Positions 58,411 to 64,000 of a stretch of DNA of 64,000 bases are shown piece after piece. A model generated the notes under the pieces. That model ran no database searches, had not been told where the DNA came from, and was given only the letters and a program-made list of their open reading frames with translations. The DNA is from Anaerohalosphaeraceae bacterium. Lineage in GTDB: Bacteria; Planctomycetota; Phycisphaerae; Sedimentisphaerales; Anaerohalosphaeraceae. Position numbers and translations under genes: made by a program. Each line of letters starts with the position of its first letter. Within the stretch, counting starts at the first letter, position 1. Where the stretch lies: the NCBI GenBank assembly GCA_963675525.2, contig CAXXSL010000016.1, forward strand, positions 800,001-864,000. Reading direction: 5' to 3'.

Positions 58411-60243
58411 TTACATTATTTTTTCCAGCAGGACTTCTTGTCCCTCGGTAAAGTGCGCACTTTCGATGTCTTCCGGGCTGATTCGCATCACCGGCTCATT
58501 GCCGTCGGCCACGGGTCCGGCTTTTACATGAACCGAACGAAGGCCGCCGTACCACCACCGTACATGGCAGGCATAAAGCAAATCGCCGGGCTGGGCGGCC
58601 ATTTGGTCCAGCGCGGCTTGTGCGACGACAACCCTATTCTCTCCGGATAAACTTTGATCCGGCTCAACAATGACCTTGACCTTACGGCCGGGCCGGCGAT
58701 TCGGCTCGCTGCCTTTAAATTGCCGCATGCCTTCTTTTTGTGTGCCGGCCACAAGCCCCATTAGCTCTGCAGATGGTTTAGGCGTTGTAAATAATGTCAC
58801 CACAACACCGATTGCACCGGATGCAATCAGTCCGAATAAGGCACGCATGAACTTATAGCTGGCGGGGCCCATCCCAAAATCAAACGGCCTCACAAGCATC
58901 TCGGGCCAGATAAATGAACACCCTATCAATGCCGCCCCGCCGGTAATTGTCGCAAATGCCGCCGCGGGCGTATATCGTTTGGAAACAATGCCCATAAAAA
59001 TGGCCGTCAGCACCGGCGGGGTGACCGCCGCCGTAAACATCCCGTGCGCACCATATATCGTATCTTTCATGAATATCGGAACCGCTGCCAGCCCCAATCC
59101 TGCCGCACATAAACTTGCGATCCGGGCAACCCGGAGATAATGTTTATCATTGCTGTCGGGCCGAATATAAGGCCTCCAGATATCATTTACAAATATCGCA
59201 CTGACAGCATTGATTAAGGAATCAGCCGTACTCATCAAGGCCGCTGTCAACGCCGCAAGAATAAAACCGAAAACGCCCGGCACGCACAAAAGATTCGCTG
59301 CCTTTACAAAAGAATCCCCCGGTTCCGTAACCAATTCCCCGTTATTGACCAGCGCCTTTGCTATCCATCCTCCGCAACTTGTCGCAACGGCCGCCAGCGG
59401 CGTCAATACCAGTATCCAGCAGACGACCATTCGCCGGGAATCCTTCACGCTTTTGAGAGAAAGGAACCGCATGATGAAACCCTGATGCATGAGCATCAGC
59501 GCGCCGGTATTCGCCAAACCATCCTGAACAAAAATACCGACAAAACTGAACTCCGGCGGGTTGTTAAACTCCGAAAAGGCGTATTTATGCGTCTGCGGAA
59601 GCAGTGACCAGAATTTATCGAAACCGCCGAAATGATAAATCGCCACGGCAAACAGACCCAACCCGGCCAGGAGCAGGATGACCCCCTGTACAAAGTCCGT
59701 CATAATAACAGCCGTCTGGCCTCCGACATAGACATACAATGCCACCACCACTGCCGTTACCGCGGCCCCGGTCATAATTTCCCACCCGAGAAGCGTATGC
59801 AGCGTTTTCCCTAACGTGATAAGATTGATTCCAATGTATCCGATGATATAGAGCAGGATAATTAATGTTGCTGCGATGCGGGTTTTCTTATCAAACCGAG
59901 CTTCCATATACTCGGGAACCGACTGGATTTTCCGGTAGTAGATAACAGGAATCCACACCAGAACCAATATCGGCATCCAGAACCAGTCGTTAAAGTATGT
60001 CTGCGTACTGCTGATGCCGTACTTGAAGCCCGCCGCACTGTATTTGATAAAACTATAACTGCCCACAACCGTCGCAATACATGAAAAGGCGATAAGCCAC
60101 CACGAAAAACGCTGCCCCCCGAAGAAAAAATCCTTTGTGCTTTTAGTGTACCGTCCAAAAAGCAAACCGAAGCCCAACACCGCAACAAAGTACACCAGCA
60201 TTACGGCATAGTCAGTTCTGGTGCCGATGGCCTGCGCTATCAT
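58411..60243 (-). CDS. Sodium:solute symporter (SSS family)
   Basis: DFFFGG, SVPEYMEARF, GGQTAVIMTDFVQG, ALMSTADS; many TM helices. Confidence 0.92.
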   Translation of the reverse strand: MIAQAIGTRTDYAVMLVYFVAVLGFGLLFGRYTKSTKDFFFGGQRFSWWLIAFSCIATVVGSYSFIKYSAAGFKYGISSTQTYFNDWFWMPILVLVWIPVIYYRKIQSVPEYMEARFDKKTRIAATLIILLYIIGYIGINLITLGKTLHTLLGWEIMTGAAVTAVVVALYVYVGGQTAVIMTDFVQGVILLLAGLGLFAVAIYHFGGFDKFWSLLPQTHKYAFSEFNNPPEFSFVGIFVQDGLANTGALMLMHQGFIMRFLSLKSVKDSRRMVVCWILVLTPLAAVATSCGGWIAKALVNNGELVTEPGDSFVKAANLLCVPGVFGFILAALTAALMSTADSLINAVSAIFVNDIWRPYIRPDSNDKHYLRVARIASLCAAGLGLAAVPIFMKDTIYGAHGMFTAAVTPPVLTAIFMGIVSKRYTPAAAFATITGGAALIGCSFIWPEMLVRPFDFGMGPASYKFMRALFGLIASGAIGVVVTLFTTPKPSAELMGLVAGTQKEGMRQFKGSEPNRRPGRKVKVIVEPDQSLSGENRVVVAQAALDQMAAQPGDLLYACHVRWWYGGLRSVHVKAGPVADGNEPVMRISPEDIESAHFTEGQEVLLEKIM

Positions 60244-60464
60244 ATCGTATTCCCATTAGACAAATCGGGAGCGATAAAAGTAAAGAAACAAACCAAGGCA
60301 AGCAGCAGAAGATAACCGACGATTAAAACGACAATAAAACGCCGGTCTTCGGCTATTTTGACATCAAGATATTTCCCTCGCAATCCGCACAAAATCCCAA
60401 TTAAACATAAAACGCCCCCAACTCCGAACTGACAAACAATAGGCCAGACTCTCAACATATTCAT
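60240..60464 (-). CDS. Small two-TM protein coupled to the symporter
   Basis: GGAGG RBS, two hydrophobic helices, ATGA overlap. Confidence 0.75.
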   Translation of the reverse strand: MNMLRVWPIVCQFGVGGVLCLIGILCGLRGKYLDVKIAEDRRFIVVLIVGYLLLLALVCFFTFIAPDLSNGNTI

Positions 60465-60587
60465 AAACTAAATTCCTCCAAGCTTGAGCGCATCTTTGAT
60501 TCATGAGCAATGTACCTGAAAGATTATATGTTGTCAAAACTATAAATAGGATCCCGCCGAGGTCAAAAAGTACGGCGGGAAATCCTT

Positions 60588-61091
60588 TTAATTGGGTTCT
60601 TCTGTTTTTGCGTTTCGGTTGTATCGAGCCATAGCCACGGTTCCGGTTCGGACGACGTTTTTGACGCCGTAGGGCCGGCATGAATCGATAAACGCCTCGA
60701 TCTTATTTTCCGGTCCGGCGACCTCGACCATCACGAACTTCTGCCCGATGTCCACCACTTTTCCGTTAAACATCTCGATCAGGGCCAGGATTTCAGGCCG
60801 TTTTTCGGCGGTACAGGCCACGCTGATGAGCATCAGGTCTCGGGCAACAGTGTCCTGACCGGCAAAGTCCTGAACTTTCACGACCTCGATGATCTTCAGC
60901 AGTTGCTTACGGACCTGTTCAACGACCTTGTCGTCGCCAACAACCACGATGGTCATCCGGCTGATATTCGGGTCATCCGTTCGGCCCACCGCCAGTGAGT
61001 CGATATTAAAGGCGCGGGCGGCAAACATCCCCGCGACATGGGCCAGAACACCGGGCTTATTTAAAACCAAAGTACTTAATATATGTTTCAT
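60588..61091 (-). CDS. ilvN: Acetolactate synthase small subunit
   Basis: LNKPGVL, FNIDSLAVG, SRMTIVV, VRTG. Confidence 0.95.
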   Translation of the reverse strand: MKHILSTLVLNKPGVLAHVAGMFAARAFNIDSLAVGRTDDPNISRMTIVVVGDDKVVEQVRKQLLKIIEVVKVQDFAGQDTVARDLMLISVACTAEKRPEILALIEMFNGKVVDIGQKFVMVEVAGPENKIEAFIDSCRPYGVKNVVRTGTVAMARYNRNAKTEEPN

Positions 61092-61158
61092 TGTAATCTC
61101 CAGAAAAAACTCGAAATTCTAATTCCTAAATCCTAAACAAATTAGAATTTTCCTTATT

Positions 61159-62874
61159 TTACGCCATTTCAAAGATATCCAGCCCGTCCATTTCGTGGAG
61201 GCTCTTTCCGGCGGGGACCATTGGCCAGACGTTTTCTTCCTGGTCCACGCGGAAATCCACAACGACCGGCTTGGTTTCGGCAAGCATCTGTTTCATTGCT
61301 TCGGGGACCTGGTCTTTTTTGTCCACGGTCATGCCGACACAGCCGAACGCGCGGGCAAGAGTGGCAAAGTCCGGATTTACCAGCGAACTTTGCGAATAGC
61401 GGCGGCCGTAGAATAACTCCTGCCACTGGCGAACCATGCCCATGAAGCCGTTGTTGAGCAGCACGACTTTGACCGGCAGATTGTACATGACGGCTGTCGA
61501 AAGCTCGGTCAGGGTCATGTTGAAGCTGCTGTCGCCGTCGACATCAACCACGATTTTGTCCGGATAGGCAGCCTGTGCGCCGATTGCCGCTGGCAGGCCG
61601 TATCCCATGGTGCCCAGTCCGCCGGATGTAACCCACTGACGCGGTGTACCGTACTTGAAGAACTGGGCGGCCCACATCTGGTGCTGGCCGACGCCGGTTG
61701 TGATAATCGCATCGCCGCCGGTTTGCCGGTAAAGCTCTTCGAGCACATACTGGGGCTTAATGGTGTCCGTGTTCCTGTCATAGGTGAACGGGTGCTTTGC
61801 CTTCCAGGCGGCAATGGTTTCAAACCATTCCTTTCGCGGCTTGTATTCAACCTTTTCAAGCAATGCCTGGAGTACCTGTTTTGCATCACCGACGACGGGG
61901 ATGTCCGTATGAATATTCTTGCCGATGTTGGCGGGGTCGATGTCAATGTGGACAATCGTCGCATTGGATGCGAATGTTTCCAGCTTGCCGGTGACGCGGT
62001 CGTCAAACCGTGCGCCGACGGAAATCAGCAGGTCGGAGTGCTGAACGGCATAGTTGGCATAGGCCGAGCCGTGCATGCCGAGCATGTCCAGCGATTCGGG
62101 GCGGTTCTGGTCATAGGCGCCCAGTCCCATCAGCGTTGTCGTAACGGGGATATTGGCTTTCTGTGCCAGCGCTCGAAGTTCCTCGGAAGCATTGGAGATA
62201 ATGACGCCGCCGCCGACATACAGAACGGGTTTTTTGGATTCGTTGATCGCGTCTGCTGCGGTCGTGATCTGTCGAGCATGTCCCTGGATACGATTTTTAA
62301 AGCCCGGCAGCTCGATCTCGGTTTTCGGCGGGATCGGGCACTCGGCGATCTGCATATCCACCGGGATATCGATCAGGACCGGTCCGGGACGCCCGTTGGA
62401 GGCGATAAAAAACGCCTCGCGGATTGCCTGGGCCAATTCGTTTGGATCTTTAATAATCATATTATGCTTCGTGACCGGGCGGGTAATGCCGGTGGTGTCC
62501 GCTTCCTGGAAGGCATCGTTGCCGATCAGGGACGTGCGAACCTGCCCGGTGATGGCAACGAGCGGAATCGAATCCATCATTGCCGTTGCCAGTCCGGTGA
62601 CAAGGTTGGTTGCCCCGGGGCCGCTGGTGGCGATAACGACGCCGGTTTTGCCGGTGGCGCGGGCGTAGGCGTCGGCCATGTGGCAGCCGCCCTGTTCGTG
62701 ACGGGGGATGATGAACTTGATCGGGGCATCATACAATTTGTCGAAAAGGGGCAAAACCACGCCGCCCAGATAGCCGAACATGACCTCGACACCCTGTTCG
62801 ACGAGCATGTCGACGATGACCTGTGAGCCGGGCTTGTAAATCGTTTCGCCTGTATTTTTGTTATTTTTGCTCAT
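61159..62874 (-). CDS. ilvB: Acetolactate synthase large subunit
   Basis: RHEQGGCHMADAYAR, TSGPGATN, LGMHG, SGGLGTMG, DGDSSF, GMVRQWQ. Confidence 0.97.
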   Translation of the reverse strand: MSKNNKNTGETIYKPGSQVIVDMLVEQGVEVMFGYLGGVVLPLFDKLYDAPIKFIIPRHEQGGCHMADAYARATGKTGVVIATSGPGATNLVTGLATAMMDSIPLVAITGQVRTSLIGNDAFQEADTTGITRPVTKHNMIIKDPNELAQAIREAFFIASNGRPGPVLIDIPVDMQIAECPIPPKTEIELPGFKNRIQGHARQITTAADAINESKKPVLYVGGGVIISNASEELRALAQKANIPVTTTLMGLGAYDQNRPESLDMLGMHGSAYANYAVQHSDLLISVGARFDDRVTGKLETFASNATIVHIDIDPANIGKNIHTDIPVVGDAKQVLQALLEKVEYKPRKEWFETIAAWKAKHPFTYDRNTDTIKPQYVLEELYRQTGGDAIITTGVGQHQMWAAQFFKYGTPRQWVTSGGLGTMGYGLPAAIGAQAAYPDKIVVDVDGDSSFNMTLTELSTAVMYNLPVKVVLLNNGFMGMVRQWQELFYGRRYSQSSLVNPDFATLARAFGCVGMTVDKKDQVPEAMKQMLAETKPVVVDFRVDQEENVWPMVPAGKSLHEMDGLDIFEMA

Positions 62875-63234
62875 ATTTTAACTCCTTAACGTAATAAGGT
62901 GATTTTCTGTGAATTGGCGCAATGATATCACTGCAACAATAAGGGGGTGGCGCAGGAGAAACCTCCCGCAAGGCTTGTGTTTCCATAATGTGTCTCCAAT
63001 CCTGTTAAACATCTCGTTATTCCAGTGTTTGCAGGGTTTTAGGGCAATTATCGATAGGACCGATCCGACCGCACCGAGCGATTCGGACCCGTCCATATCG
63101 GGATACGCTGCCCCGATACTGCAACACTCAAACCACAATCTTAACTTGTGCCAGGGACGCGAAAACGCGTTTGCTTACATCTCACGTCAGAGCATAAGAA
63201 TAATTACTATACGATTATTATCAGCAAAAGTCAA
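62875..63234 (-). promoter_or_regulatory. ilvBN promoter and ~320-nt structured leader
   Basis: TTGACT-17 nt-TATAGT at 63234-63206; multi-stem region at 63024-63128. Confidence 0.55.
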
Positions 63235-63372
63235 TAATTGCTTGAGCTTGTCCTTTTTCGCCGATTGGGCGAAAATCTTTGACAAAATCGGACGAAATCA
63301 GTACAATAATAAGGGTCTATCGCTACTGGTTTTAAAGGGTTTTGGGTATTTTAATGCGAGGGAGGCATTATT

Positions 63373-63728
63373 ATGAAAGGAGTGGTATTTATTTTGTTAT
63401 TATCGTGTGGATGACTCTCGGGGCGGCGACGTTCGCCTACGACTGGGACAGCAATCCCGTTTGCAGTGGAGAACATGCAGGGAGCCTCTGACCCGTATGG
63501 AAAAAATTTCTGAGCCGAATCAATTGATGGCGATCGGCTCCGATCCGGACCTGCTTGACAAGCACTTTATCCTCACTAATGATATTGTCTTCGATCCCAA
63601 TAATAATCCGAATCATGCATTTCAATCAGCCCTTGATTGCCTACGGTGTTCTCGAAAACGGCAGCGGGCCGCGTTTTACCGGTTCTTTTGACGGCAATTT
63701 TAAAGTTATCCGCAATTTCAAAATCAAT
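63373..63728 (+). pseudogene. N-terminal fragment of a GLUG-family gene with several frameshifts
   Basis: YDW..NP, ISEPNQLMAIGSDPDLLDKHFILTNDIVFDPNNNP and FTGSFDG lie in different frames; ends in 7-mer arrays. Confidence 0.6.
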
Positions 63729-63812
63729 AGTTTTGAGTTCTCAGTTTTTAGTTCACAGGTGTCGATTCGACAATCGTCAATCGAAAGTTGTCAAAGTATT
63801 GAGGGAGACATT

Positions 63813-64000
63813 ATGAGGAGCGGAATTTGTTTTTTTGCTGTCGTATGGGTCAGTTTCGGCGCATCCGCATTCGGGTATGACTGGCAGACAATCCCGGCAG
63901 CGGGTATCCCAACAATCCGTATCAAATCAGCGAACCGAACCAGTTGATGGCTATCAGCTCCGATTCGGTGCTGTTGACGAAGCATTACATCCTGACCCAT
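63813..64000 (+). CDS. Start of another GLUG-family secreted protein (partial, frameshifted)
   Basis: GGAG RBS, MRSGICFF..AFGYDWQT, then PYQISEPNQLMAI in another frame. Confidence 0.6.

Overview
Bacterial chromosomal window. It is most consistent with a Planctomycetota (Phycisphaerae/Sedimentisphaerales-like) genome, inferred from H-X9-DG proteins, PEP-CTERM proteins, GLUG-repeat proteins with dockerin/EF-hand-like tails and a fused LpxC-FabZ. 1-16.5 kb is core housekeeping: gyrB 3' part, tRNA-Gln, glmU-prs-rplY-pth-rpsF-ssb-rpsR-rplI-dnaB and bamA-skp-lpxD-lpxC/fabZ-lpxA plus an oxidoreductase. The rest mixes core genes (rfaD, cls, ppdK, DAHP synthase, mnmA, tyrS, nrdR, ilvC, ilvBN) with accessory surface or secreted genes and many REP-type palindromes. 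The most striking system is two near-identical, oppositely oriented copies of a ~1.4 kb IS110/IS1111-type element. Both are inserted at the same AG/CT dinucleotide of the same REP-like host repeat. Their ~230 nt non-coding 3' end holds two internal-loop hairpins whose loops match the insertion target and the element's own circle junction, i.e. a readable bridge/seek RNA. Other notable items: a REPIN-flanked RAYT next to a cassette-like array of H-X9-DG genes, a candidate CsrA-binding sRNA, structured RNAs upstream of tRNA-Gln and ilvB, tandem NrdR boxes, and scattered degenerate 7-mer arrays. Several single-base frameshifts in essential genes point to indel noise in the assembly.
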